Shown here one piece after another: positions 18,843 to 29,154 of a DNA stretch of 64,000 bases. The stretch lies in contig JBHLMG010000007.1 of assembly GCA_048938385.1 (NCBI GenBank), positions 38,947 through 102,946 of the forward strand, read 5' to 3'. Position 1 is the stretch's first letter. Each line of letters starts with the position of its first letter. This DNA comes from Promethearchaeota archaeon. GTDB taxonomy: Archaea > Asgardarchaeota > Hermodarchaeia > Hermodarchaeales > Hermodarchaeaceae. A program made the position numbers and the translations under genes. Under the pieces are notes generated by a model that was given only the letters and a program-made list of their open reading frames with translations, did not search any database and was not told where the DNA came from.

Positions 18843-19910
18843 TTGCCAATCAGCTTGTTTGATGTGAAAAAGGTGAATCCAGAACGACCTACCGGTATAC
18901 AAAGGCAACTCACAAGGCAGGAGTTTAAAGTCTTGCCGACTAGAATCAATGGCGCTCAACTGGCTCTCCATTTTACTGACAATTATGGTGTTGTTTGCTG
19001 CGACATTCTCATTTATCGAGAAGTGACAAAAGAGGGTAGGGCGCTTGACGAAGAGGCTACCTATCTTTTTCAATCACTCGGACAACTCCAAACCCTACTT
19101 TGTAGCCATGCCCATCACATTGATCCAAGCATTCAGAGCCATGCCATTTCATTCCTTGGTAAAAAGGCTTACCTGCTTACCAACAATGCTAAGCGACTGA
19201 TAAACTGCCGACTCCACCCCCTTCTTATTCTAATTCCTTCACAAATACCGCCTTCCCCAAAGGATCTAGCGTCAGTGTATCCTCTTCATGTCCTTCAAGC
19301 CGCAGAACTCGAGTCTTACTTAACAAAAGTTCTCTCGACCAAGGGCACAGATCTAGCTTCTTCTAGGACAAAATTTCAGAGCCTCCGCAAAGCCTATCGC
19401 TTCTTAGGATCTGCTTTAATTCTACTTCCCCTACTCTTGGGGCTTTCAGGTATCCTATTAGGCAGTGGTCTATCGTTACTCGCGGCTCTCTTCGCCCTAG
19501 CAGGCGCTCTTGGTCCTCTCTTCCTCCTTCGAGGGGCCCGATCTGCGTTTCAGCAATTTCAATTCATTCAATCAATCACCATCTTTCCGCCAACCACTTT
19601 GCAAACAATTCATTCCGATCCGAAAGGCCGTCCACGCATACTCCTGAAATCTAGCCCAATGTCAACACCTCAAGCAACCTCAATTGACTTACCCGTTATA
19701 AACAAACGCCGTTTAGTTCAACCTAAACCCGAAGATCTTGTTACAACTACCAACAATTCATTTTCTTCAGAAACCCCTTCCTCCCTTGATGAACAAGCCA
19801 CGCAACCTACTACCTCTCAGTCATCAATACAAGCAAGCCGTTCCAAGGCAAATCAATCGGAATATCCTCCAAATCAAAAGCATATCTCACAAGCAACACA
19901 ACCAGGGTGA
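18843..19910 (+). CDS. Hypothetical membrane protein (soluble N-domain, 2 TM, S/T/Q/P-rich tail)
   Basis: 355-aa ORF with a hydrophobic hairpin near aa 188-228. Confidence 0.7.
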   Translation: MPISLFDVKKVNPERPTGIQRQLTRQEFKVLPTRINGAQLALHFTDNYGVVCCDILIYREVTKEGRALDEEATYLFQSLGQLQTLLCSHAHHIDPSIQSHAISFLGKKAYLLTNNAKRLINCRLHPLLILIPSQIPPSPKDLASVYPLHVLQAAELESYLTKVLSTKGTDLASSRTKFQSLRKAYRFLGSALILLPLLLGLSGILLGSGLSLLAALFALAGALGPLFLLRGARSAFQQFQFIQSITIFPPTTLQTIHSDPKGRPRILLKSSPMSTPQATSIDLPVINKRRLVQPKPEDLVTTTNNSFSSETPSSLDEQATQPTTSQSSIQASRSKANQSEYPPNQKHISQATQPG

Positions 19911-19914
19911 ACTC

Positions 19915-20583
19915 ATGCAAGTCACACCAGACATCTACGCGTTGGGCTTCATTCTCAAAGCCTTCATCGCAATCCCGCTGTTCTTATGTGTTAGTCTGAT
20001 TTTCTTAAAAATAATTAATCTAGTCAGTAGCCGATTACATACACTTGTCCGCTATCTCGCATTCCCAGGGGTGGTTCTTCACGAAGTATGCCATGACCTC
20101 CTCTGCAGGATTACAGGGATACCCGTTCTTGAACATCGAATATTCATCAAAACCCATAAAGGCGTTTGTAATGGACTCGTCATGGATACTCAACATATCC
20201 GAACCTTCACTACTGGCTTCTTGGTAGGGTTTGCCCCGCTCATTATTTTGGCCCTGTCACTCTATTTTTTTATCACTTTTTGGACGCAACTACCCATGCA
20301 TGAAATCCTCAAATGCTATTTCGTTTTTTGCTTCTTCATCGGGCTTGCTCCTAGTAAAACCGATTTACAGATTGTCTCCTCAATAGTAAAAGACCATCCC
20401 CGTCAAACCCTCCTTGAACTAAGCCTAATATCTCTTCCTTTCTTTGCTACCATTGGATATCTTTTCATCCGGTCCCTTTGGCTTCTTCCCTTTTCGCTCT
20501 TAGTTTTTTCTGGCGTGTTCTTGGTAGGGGTTTTAGTATCGTTTCTTCTCTGGCGCCTCCTTAAACAATACCGAAATTCATAA
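19915..20583 (+). CDS. Membrane zinc metalloprotease-like protein (M50/DUF3267-like)
   Basis: FPGVVLHEVCH (HExxH), GFAP, APSKTD; ATG at 19915 follows GGGTGA. Confidence 0.75.
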   Translation: MQVTPDIYALGFILKAFIAIPLFLCVSLIFLKIINLVSSRLHTLVRYLAFPGVVLHEVCHDLLCRITGIPVLEHRIFIKTHKGVCNGLVMDTQHIRTFTTGFLVGFAPLIILALSLYFFITFWTQLPMHEILKCYFVFCFFIGLAPSKTDLQIVSSIVKDHPRQTLLELSLISLPFFATIGYLFIRSLWLLPFSLLVFSGVFLVGVLVSFLLWRLLKQYRNS

Positions 20584-20659
20584 AAACAAATCAAAAACCG
20601 CACCTCGCTCAATGAGACCACACTATCAGAAACGAATCCGAGGCTCTAGATGTTGTTGA

Positions 20660-21598
20660 ATGTTATCAGATGGTTGGCTCAAAAAACCCGAAGAATTCAT
20701 AACTATGGGAAATGTGAGAAGAGTGATAAAACCACTATCAAGCTTTAACAGAAAGGCACCTATCAAATCCCAACCCTTGTTGCTCCTCCTCTTTGTGCTC
20801 GTTTCTCCCTTGATTAGCTGCACAGCTTCTTTTTCTCCCACTTCGGTATCTGCTCAGGAAACCCGCATCTATCAACTTCGAGTCATTACGACTTATCAAA
20901 ACCTCACTAGCTCTTATTTTGGTACTGAAATTGTCAGTCTGAACTCTACAGGGGATCTCTCGTTTGAAGGGATTCTCTCTTGGAATATTACCTTTGATGA
21001 GGGTCAAACTTGGTTATCAGACTCCGTTCAGGTCACCTATGATTGGAACCGTACCTACCAGTATGCTGGGCTAATGAGGTATACTGCATGGTGGATTCAT
21101 CCTAGTGTTCAACTCGGTTCACAAATCCAGATTGACGGAGATGCTCCCGCCACCAACAATCATCTGCGTATCCAACCGTTCACAGTCACTGATCTCATTT
21201 CTTTGGATCTCGATCGAACCTATTACCTCTGTTGGCAGCTCACCTATAACACTAATCACCAACATGAAACCTACTACTATGACTACTATACAGGCGTACT
21301 GCTCAAAGCTTCCACCATCGTCGAAAACATCGATCAACCAGTTCATGAAATCTATTTAACAATGGAGTCAGCCACCCCCGCACCACCTAGCATCAACCCC
21401 TTCCACCATCTCTGGATCACTTACAATTCCTTTCTTTTAGCCCTCATCGGGGCTTCCTTAGTCTCCCTCATTGTCTACTACTTATTACAACGATTACGCA
21501 CACAAAGGTTCCAGACGCCCTTTTCTGTCCCTTTTGAAAACGCAAGGCTTAAAAACGAACTAAAAATCCCCGCCCGACATCCCTACTCGGGGGACTAA
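20660..21598 (+). CDS. Secreted, C-terminally anchored beta-rich surface protein
   Basis: Signal-like stretch, YYYDYYTGVLLKA, Pro-rich linker, C-terminal TM with basic tail. Confidence 0.7.
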   Translation: MLSDGWLKKPEEFITMGNVRRVIKPLSSFNRKAPIKSQPLLLLLFVLVSPLISCTASFSPTSVSAQETRIYQLRVITTYQNLTSSYFGTEIVSLNSTGDLSFEGILSWNITFDEGQTWLSDSVQVTYDWNRTYQYAGLMRYTAWWIHPSVQLGSQIQIDGDAPATNNHLRIQPFTVTDLISLDLDRTYYLCWQLTYNTNHQHETYYYDYYTGVLLKASTIVENIDQPVHEIYLTMESATPAPPSINPFHHLWITYNSFLLALIGASLVSLIVYYLLQRLRTQRFQTPFSVPFENARLKNELKIPARHPYSGD

Positions 21599-21602
21599 GA
21601 AT

Positions 21603-24600
21603 ATGACCGCAAAACTTCATACTTTCGCTAATCTTCTTTTAGTGAGCTTCTTCGTTCTACTCCTTGCGGGAATTCCTTCTTTAAGTCCCTACCTTTCTTG
21701 CATTCCTCAAGATAGAACTAACTCACAGGCTAAGCCTTCCTTTCAAGCCTTCTCTTCGCCAGTTAGTGAACAAGGAGAAGAACTCCCTCTCAAGCCCGCT
21801 CAGACATTTCTTCCAAGCCCAGGTTCAGCACCTCCACTTTTTGGTGACATCCTCGTTGTGTATGGGGAGTATGTGAACGAATCCGGACAAGAGCCGGTAA
21901 CGCCCTGGGTTACATTCTTCTTAAACTTAGGATTCAACGCCTCGGGAATCCATATCAATGCCCTAGCCAATGCACCTTCCTATGATGTGTTAGTAGTAAC
22001 ACCGAGCGTGGGTATGAGTGGATTAGCCTTTGGTGTTTCTTTATCTGATGCGCAACATGTTATGAACACCTCACAGCCCATTCTATTGCTTGGGTATGCC
22101 CATGAAGTACTCGATCTGTTAGCAGGGTTTAATCCGGCCACAGACTTCATCCCTAGTCTGGAGCGCTACTTGTGGTCTGCTGAGCCATCTCTTCAAATCT
22201 ATAATACTCCCCATGAAATTCCCTCAACACAGGGACGCTTCCCACTCTATACTACTCATATCACCTACGATGCTTATCGCCCAAACTCCCTACCTGTGAA
22301 AACCGAAGTATTGGGTACTAACTTTGATGGTTCTGGTGTCCAACTACTTTGGTATAGGGCGATCTCCTCAAATCCTCACATCTACTATTGGGGTCTAGAC
22401 CAAGTGGGTCATCTTACCGACTATGGTGGATTCTTTTGTGAGAACCTTCTCTTATGGTTGCTCCGACCAACTTTCCAACAGCGTTTAGGCGCCACTTTGG
22501 CATCTCTTCAACTCGCTGGAGATGTACCTGTCGACTATTGGCAGCTCCACGGTGCTGGTGGCTTTGGATACCCTCTCGAACCCTCCTTACGATTCACATA
22601 TTATGTCACCAGTCTGGTCTCAACCCATGGATTAGATGTAAATACGACGCCCTTTGGGTCATGGCTTCATGACACTTTCAACTCAACGCTCGGTTATTTT
22701 GAAGACTTGGCAAGCTCTCAGCTTCTGGATCGGTGCATTACAACAAGTATGTCGGTTCTTACCGCCCAGTATCTTGGAATTCTCTATCAGTTCAATATTT
22801 CACAAATTGGCGATTACATTGCCAGCTGTCAAGATTCAATAACCGGTGGATTTTTCACAGGTCATGGTGCTGCATCCGTAAACCTTGTGGCAACCCGTTT
22901 CGCCGTTGAAGCCCTCCACGCTATCGATCAGCTCAATAAAATTAATACTAGTGCGGTCATTTCCTTTGTCAGTAATTGTCAAGAATTAGATTCTTTGAGT
23001 TCAGAATATGGAGGGTTCTATTCCACCTCTTCTGGAGGTATCGTAGCCAGCCTAATGAATGTCCAAGATGCTCTGATAATACTCTCAGTGCTGGGTGAAC
23101 TTGACTCTTTTGATGACACCTCGCTCATAGGTTTTCTGGCGGGCTGTGAAGAACCTCCAGACTCGGGAATTTTCGATGTGACACGAACCATGAGTTCTGA
23201 TTATTGGGTTCTTGGTACAGCTTTGGCAATTCAGATTTTAACAGTGCTAAACGAAACTAGCGTGTTTGATATTTCCAACGGACGAGCATTCATTGTGGCG
23301 AACCAATATCCTAATGGCGGGTGGGGACGCGGGGACGCACAACACGATTTTCACAATTCACCTGATGAAACCTGGTTCGCTGTTCAAGGGCTTGCACCCA
23401 CTGGGGGACTTGGATCCTGTCAAGATGGTCTCACACAATATTTGCGTGATTGTTCCACAGGCTGGGGTGGAGCCACGGAACCTATTTCCTTTGGTGATTT
23501 CCTAACGAGCGTCCAAATTATTTCAGCTCTAAATCAAGCGGATGCATTATCAGCTGTGAATATAACGGCGTTTTTAGAGTACCTAATCTATTGCTGGTCC
23601 TCTCCACGGACCTCTTTCACAGCGCATCAACTCCCTCCGGGCGTAAGTGCTGACACAGACACTCCAACACCTGATCGTGTCGCGATCGAAGCCGCTACCT
23701 TTGGTCCCCTTTACCATTACGCCTTTGCCATTCTCACTCAAATACTTCCGCTCACTGGAGATCCTTGGTCCACATGGGCTCTTCAAATTCGCCAGGAAAT
23801 CGAAGCTAGCCAAACATTCGAACCTGGCTATCGAGGTATGTTTGGGCTCCATCACCTTTATATCGGGCGTGAGAGCGATCTCACCTTTCGGTTTGACACT
23901 ACTTGTTGGGACCTTCTGGCTCATCAACGATTAGGGGGACACCCCGGGGATCTCATCAATGCCACTACGGTTCTTGAGTATCTCTTAAGTTGCTTACATG
24001 GAAACACCACTCACCAATATTTCTACGATTCGCTCCATTCTGTTCCCCTCCCTGAAGCATGGCGGATCGCTGATGGATATCTCGCTGAAACATGGCTAGG
24101 ACTCCAAGCCGTTGCTTACCTCGATCCCACCTGTAACGGATTAGACGGACAACGAATCGCCACTTATGCTAGCCAGTTCCTTCTCAGCAATTTGTCTCTC
24201 ATCACTGCATTCTATGCCACCGAGATCCTATACCTTTTAGCGGATATAGGATTGTATCCGGCCGCGCTAACCCTCTTAAACCATGATTCTCTCAAAACTT
24301 ACTTGATGGATGCTTTCACTTATCAGGGCTCTATCAAGGACTCAAGTCTGCCCTCTGGGAAATGGTTACCATATCAGTTGGACCTCGCATTAAAACTCAG
24401 TCATCGCCTCAGCCTCTACCCTTTGCTTGACTGCAATCCCATCCTTAACCTTTCAAACATACACTATCCAAGCGAAACCCTCACAATTGGTGAATCAGTA
24501 TCCTTTAACGCAACAGCCAATGAATTACGCTGGAATCTTCAGCTGGCAAATATCACCGTAACAGCCAACATCTTTGACACAAGCTTTACAAACTCTTGTG

Positions 24601-26513
24601 ATCCTCATCGTCCAGGACTTTGGCACATTCAGACGATCATACCTGCAAAGGTCGACGCGTTAGGTCCGCAAAACCTTACCCTGATAGCAATAGCTCCCGG
24701 AGCAGTCCCCTGTTACCTACAGTATACAGAAATTTGCGAAGTTAAGGGAAACATCACCGTGCTTCCCAGCTATGCTCCTGGATTAAATGTACCACGGAGT
24801 ATTCCACTGAATATCTCAGTCCAATTGAGCTTAAGCGGAGCCACACCCCCTGAATCCCTGCTCTCAACAGGCAATATTTCCGTAGTTATTGAAACGGTTA
24901 CTTCCATCTATTACCTACCTTATCAAGATCTAGGCTGGTATACAACCCTCATCCCTACCAACACTCTGGAAGCGAAAACTTACACCCTTTTCATCAACGC
25001 TAGCGCCCCTTACTGCACACCTATCCACACAACGGTCTTTTTGAACATCGTGGTGTTTACTACCAACATCACCTTAGAACAGACCTTACCTGCTATACCA
25101 ATCCTCTTTGAACCCGTAACCCTCTGTATTAGATTACAGAATGATAGTGGCACCCCTCTGATTGATTACCAAATAAATTTCAACATCACCACACCCGGCG
25201 GAACCACTCCTTACTTGATGGATACAAGTTCGACGAACGAATCTGGTACTGTCATTTTCTCATGGGTTCCTAATCAAATAGGGCAATGGCAAGTAGATTT
25301 TGTATTTACAGGGAACGCAATGTACAATGCAAGTGAAGGCTCAACAAGCATTCACGTCAACCCTCGCCCTCTAACCTGTACTATTCAACAGTTCCCTTCA
25401 TCCACTCTGTTTGTCGGGAATCAAAGCTATGTTGAAGTTGAAGTTAGCGATGGGCTAAACGGTTCTCGATTATCCGGACTGATAGTTAGCCTATTCGAGG
25501 ATACTGCCCTATTAGACACAGCAGTCACCAATGTCGAGGGGCAAGCCACCTGCGAATGGCTTGCAACCACACCACTCGGATCTCGGAGTCTGCGAATCGA
25601 AATCACCGAAACCACTACTCACGCTCAATGGATGTCGAATTTGCAGTTTTTTGTGCGGGATACAACGACGGCAACGGTTACGGCCAATACCACGCAGCTT
25701 TTTATGGGCGAAACCCTTGACTTGACCATCCAGGTAATGGCTTCCCTATCGACACCTCCTGATGGAATGGCATCCCTATTTTGGGACGGTCAATGGCAAC
25801 ACGACTTCGTCATCACCCAAGGATTGGGTCACACATCGCTCTTCATACCATATGTGACGGTCTCCGGGGATCATATACTAGTTGTGATTTTTGGACATCT
25901 TGATGACCCTGATGCATATACAGAATGCTCTACAAGCTTACTGATAACGGTTAAACCTGTTATCAGACCAACCTTAACATTGACCGTCAATCCTCTTGAG
26001 ATTGAAAATCCCCTACTGACACCCATTATATCCATTGAGGTGCAAATAACTTACACCAATGGATCCCTTACTCAAGGACTCATCGCTGATCTTACCTTAG
26101 AACTGCGTGCAGAAGATGCGAGCCTGTTATACTCCATGATTTTTATCACAAACAGTCAAGGCTTTTATCTTCTCGAACTGAACACACCGCCTCCTGGAAT
26201 ATACACACTCAGCGTAGAATTTCCAGGTCAACGGGAGTTTGCTCCTTGTTCACGATCAACACCCCTACTAGTTCGTGTTCCGATAAATCCAATAAACAAC
26301 TTCTTCTCCCCCCTCGTCTTGGTTTCGCTAGCCATTCTAGGAGTTGGTATCTTCTTAGGGAGTCTGAGCTTTATATTGTTGAGAAAACGGCTTCACCAGA
26401 TTCTTGAACTTTTCACCCCTGAGCTAGAAAGGGAGGTTAACCCTATGGATGCCTCAAACGCTGACAGTTCAGCTATAGAGGGAGATTTAGCTCTTCGAGG
26501 GGATCAATCATGA
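21603..26513 (+). CDS. Large surface protein with prenyltransferase/squalene-cyclase alpha/alpha repeats and Ig-like domains
   Basis: Signal peptide; repeats CQDSITGGF, CQELD...YGGF, NQYPNGGWG, TRFAVEAL, ETWFAVQGL; Ig-like repeats (TNESG, FTGNAMYNAS, TNVEG, TNSQG); C-terminal TM plus RKR. Confidence 0.8.
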   Translation: MTAKLHTFANLLLVSFFVLLLAGIPSLSPYLSCIPQDRTNSQAKPSFQAFSSPVSEQGEELPLKPAQTFLPSPGSAPPLFGDILVVYGEYVNESGQEPVTPWVTFFLNLGFNASGIHINALANAPSYDVLVVTPSVGMSGLAFGVSLSDAQHVMNTSQPILLLGYAHEVLDLLAGFNPATDFIPSLERYLWSAEPSLQIYNTPHEIPSTQGRFPLYTTHITYDAYRPNSLPVKTEVLGTNFDGSGVQLLWYRAISSNPHIYYWGLDQVGHLTDYGGFFCENLLLWLLRPTFQQRLGATLASLQLAGDVPVDYWQLHGAGGFGYPLEPSLRFTYYVTSLVSTHGLDVNTTPFGSWLHDTFNSTLGYFEDLASSQLLDRCITTSMSVLTAQYLGILYQFNISQIGDYIASCQDSITGGFFTGHGAASVNLVATRFAVEALHAIDQLNKINTSAVISFVSNCQELDSLSSEYGGFYSTSSGGIVASLMNVQDALIILSVLGELDSFDDTSLIGFLAGCEEPPDSGIFDVTRTMSSDYWVLGTALAIQILTVLNETSVFDISNGRAFIVANQYPNGGWGRGDAQHDFHNSPDETWFAVQGLAPTGGLGSCQDGLTQYLRDCSTGWGGATEPISFGDFLTSVQIISALNQADALSAVNITAFLEYLIYCWSSPRTSFTAHQLPPGVSADTDTPTPDRVAIEAATFGPLYHYAFAILTQILPLTGDPWSTWALQIRQEIEASQTFEPGYRGMFGLHHLYIGRESDLTFRFDTTCWDLLAHQRLGGHPGDLINATTVLEYLLSCLHGNTTHQYFYDSLHSVPLPEAWRIADGYLAETWLGLQAVAYLDPTCNGLDGQRIATYASQFLLSNLSLITAFYATEILYLLADIGLYPAALTLLNHDSLKTYLMDAFTYQGSIKDSSLPSGKWLPYQLDLALKLSHRLSLYPLLDCNPILNLSNIHYPSETLTIGESVSFNATANELRWNLQLANITVTANIFDTSFTNSCDPHRPGLWHIQTIIPAKVDALGPQNLTLIAIAPGAVPCYLQYTEICEVKGNITVLPSYAPGLNVPRSIPLNISVQLSLSGATPPESLLSTGNISVVIETVTSIYYLPYQDLGWYTTLIPTNTLEAKTYTLFINASAPYCTPIHTTVFLNIVVFTTNITLEQTLPAIPILFEPVTLCIRLQNDSGTPLIDYQINFNITTPGGTTPYLMDTSSTNESGTVIFSWVPNQIGQWQVDFVFTGNAMYNASEGSTSIHVNPRPLTCTIQQFPSSTLFVGNQSYVEVEVSDGLNGSRLSGLIVSLFEDTALLDTAVTNVEGQATCEWLATTPLGSRSLRIEITETTTHAQWMSNLQFFVRDTTTATVTANTTQLFMGETLDLTIQVMASLSTPPDGMASLFWDGQWQHDFVITQGLGHTSLFIPYVTVSGDHILVVIFGHLDDPDAYTECSTSLLITVKPVIRPTLTLTVNPLEIENPLLTPIISIEVQITYTNGSLTQGLIADLTLELRAEDASLLYSMIFITNSQGFYLLELNTPPPGIYTLSVEFPGQREFAPCSRSTPLLVRVPINPINNFFSPLVLVSLAILGVGIFLGSLSFILLRKRLHQILELFTPELEREVNPMDASNADSSAIEGDLALRGDQS

Positions 26514-26935
26514 GGCGACAATTCAAAGTTATTCAATGTCCAGAATGCGCCGAATTCATGTATTTCCAAGTTGAAACGCTTCAGAATTTTTGTAAATATT
26601 GCCACCACAAGTGGTTCCTCCACGCCCTAGATGGACAGATTGTAAACAATGTGCGTGAAGCCCAGCTATTAGTACAAAAACAAAAAAGGATTCTCCAAAA
26701 TCGTAAAAATGTCGTTCAACTGGGTATGATTCGTAATCCTGCAAAAAATGTGCTGCAGATTCTTCGATGCTATCGAGCTGATTGCCCACAATGGTTTTCC
26801 ATTCATGAAATCTACCAACGCTGTATCGAATCTGGCCTTCTTCCCAAGGAAGTTCAAGAGGCGATTACCGCTCTTAACGCCGAAGGCTTCATCGAAAAAC
26901 GGGAGGATGCCATTCGTGCGATTCCACTCAATTGA
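26510..26935 (+). CDS. Zn-ribbon plus winged-helix protein (DUF1922/DUF5817-like)
   Basis: CPEC...CKYC, then a wHTH-like tail EVQEAITALNAEGFIE; ATGA overlap with the upstream gene. Confidence 0.7.
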   Translation: MRRQFKVIQCPECAEFMYFQVETLQNFCKYCHHKWFLHALDGQIVNNVREAQLLVQKQKRILQNRKNVVQLGMIRNPAKNVLQILRCYRADCPQWFSIHEIYQRCIESGLLPKEVQEAITALNAEGFIEKREDAIRAIPLN

Positions 26936-27116
26936 TGAAGTTGTTCACGACACCTCCTCTTCTTTTTGACTGGTAGTTCATTCATTGTTGAAGTGCCTAC
27001 AAATCGTTGTTACGGTTGGAAAAAGACCAGAGAAGAATGCTTCCCAGTAACTGAAACTCACTGGAAACCACAAGGCATATAAACTAACTAAATCGGGCGG
27101 CTTTATCGAAGAACCC

Positions 27117-28538
27117 ATGAGACGCGTCCTGATGTGTGCACTACTATTGGTGAGCTTCCTGCTCAATGGCATCCTGTCAGTCCATTCTTTTGCAAATATG
27201 CATCTATTCATGGATGACGCTGCCCCTGGTGCCTGGCCACATGCGGTAGCCCTCCCTCTCCATTCCCCGCAAATTCGTTCTCCACCGGTATCGTCCCCTC
27301 CATCCATTACAAATGTGGCTTATACATCAAGCCTAATATCTTGGCAGACCAAACTTACCAACAGTGTCCATCAAACGCGTCTTCGGGATCTTCACTCCGG
27401 CTACTCATATCACCAGCAAGCCGTATCTCATACAATCCCCCTACAGTCTTCACCGAATTTCACTCGCACTTCTGTCTTCCTGATCAATCCTTTATGTTCG
27501 GTAAAGTTACAATATACTTCGACGATTAAGCAAGGTGAACTGCTTCCCATCTATTGCTTTGTTAATTCTTCTCTTGACAACACAACTACAATGAACCTCA
27601 CTCTTTTTCACCCTTTAGTAGGATCGGTTACCCAAACCAATCTACTCTTGGTTCGAGGAGAAAACCTATTCCACATAGATCTAGATGTCTTACCCGCATG
27701 CCCTGCCCAAACCTATAATCTCACATTTCTACTGACTACACCTGAGGTCACCCTCTCTTCAAACCAGATCTCTCTCACCGTTGACATCGCCTTTGTCATG
27801 ATGTTGGTTAACCTCCCAGAACAAGCGGGTCAAAATCAACCCTTCGAAGTCAGGGTCAGTGTAACCAATCTTGGTTCCCAATCCCGCGTCTTCAACATCA
27901 TCGCTGAATCTACTTTTCGTGGAAATACCCAAGTAATCGTCCAACCTAACGAAACCCGGTTAGTGACCCTCTGGGTTGAATACGCTTCTCAAGCAGTCAC
28001 AGATATCGGAGTTCGCATCATTTCTCTCATTCTCATAATCCGAACACATCGCATCACAAGCATCGAAACTTCTCTCTACATCGGCTATTCAACGGTTAGT
28101 AAGCTGATCATTGCCACTCCACCTATCTTCCTCTTTGTCTTGTGTATTATCGGAATTCAGTGGTTGCGAAAGGGGAAACGATCATCTTCTCTACAACCGC
28201 AACTGAACTCTGGCTTTCCACTAGTCCAACTAACCAATGGAAGCATTTCTACCGAAATTAACCAAGAAAGCCCAACAAGAATCCAAAGGACACACACCTA
28301 CCCCTTGACTCCACAGCTTCAACACCAACTCCAACATGCACTCCAACAACTGGGACTAACCGTAGCTAGCGAAAATCGTCATGGAAATAACCGAGTTGTA
28401 TTAGCCTGGGAAACTAAAGGCAAAGAACTTCACATAGTCCTTGAAGCCAATAACTCTCCACTCATTAATCGGGTATTAGGCGTACTCGCTGACGAAATGA
28501 ACTCCCACCCTACAGAAGGAGAACACCATGATACTTAA
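27117..28538 (+). CDS. Single-pass membrane protein with extracellular Ig/CARDB-like domains and a cytoplasmic domain
   Basis: Signal peptide, FEVRVSVTNLG...VQPNETRLV, TM near aa 330-350. Confidence 0.7.
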   Translation: MRRVLMCALLLVSFLLNGILSVHSFANMHLFMDDAAPGAWPHAVALPLHSPQIRSPPVSSPPSITNVAYTSSLISWQTKLTNSVHQTRLRDLHSGYSYHQQAVSHTIPLQSSPNFTRTSVFLINPLCSVKLQYTSTIKQGELLPIYCFVNSSLDNTTTMNLTLFHPLVGSVTQTNLLLVRGENLFHIDLDVLPACPAQTYNLTFLLTTPEVTLSSNQISLTVDIAFVMMLVNLPEQAGQNQPFEVRVSVTNLGSQSRVFNIIAESTFRGNTQVIVQPNETRLVTLWVEYASQAVTDIGVRIISLILIIRTHRITSIETSLYIGYSTVSKLIIATPPIFLFVLCIIGIQWLRKGKRSSSLQPQLNSGFPLVQLTNGSISTEINQESPTRIQRTHTYPLTPQLQHQLQHALQQLGLTVASENRHGNNRVVLAWETKGKELHIVLEANNSPLINRVLGVLADEMNSHPTEGEHHDT

Positions 28539-29025
28539 TTGGTCCGACTCGTTCACCGTTGTGCTTCTGTTGACCTTCCTCGTTGAAATACTCGTTGGCC
28601 GACACATCTTTAAAAAAATCCGTCGCAGAAACCAACAGCCACAACAACAAATTCTCCTTGTGCTCCATGCTTCACAAGCACAGCAGAATTCCTTCCAATC
28701 AGCAGTTCATGAGACCCCTCAACCTGTAACTGCTCCAGCCATTTATGAGTATCACATCCCTAATCCCCCCTCTACTCCCAGAGATGCTTCTTGGACTAAT
28801 ATCGCGCTGGCAACCTGCATTATTAGCGTGTTCCTCGTATCTTTCGTTCTCATCATCTGGACCTTGCGTCCTTTCACTTACTCTGGGGCGCTACGGTTTC
28901 TCACGGTACTTCTCCCCCTTCCTTTTCTCCCCCTTCCTGCCTTATTTCGACTTAAGACTTTGTCCACTTTTGGATGCCTTTTGATCGGATTTGGTCTCAG
29001 TCTTTTACTTTTCCTCATGCTATGA
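28528..29025 (+). CDS. Hypothetical membrane protein (about 4 TM)
   Basis: Overlaps the upstream stop; hydrophobic segments. Confidence 0.65.
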   Translation: MILNWSDSFTVVLLLTFLVEILVGRHIFKKIRRRNQQPQQQILLVLHASQAQQNSFQSAVHETPQPVTAPAIYEYHIPNPPSTPRDASWTNIALATCIISVFLVSFVLIIWTLRPFTYSGALRFLTVLLPLPFLPLPALFRLKTLSTFGCLLIGFGLSLLLFLML

Positions 29026-29154
29026 AACAATGGGCAGACTCCTGTTCTACCACCTTCAGCACCCCACAATACCTGTCGAAGCAATGACAGTGTTTGCTAA
29101 ACTTCTTATGCCACGATTCACACACTAGTCAGTGGTTCTGTTGAGGGGTGTCGC

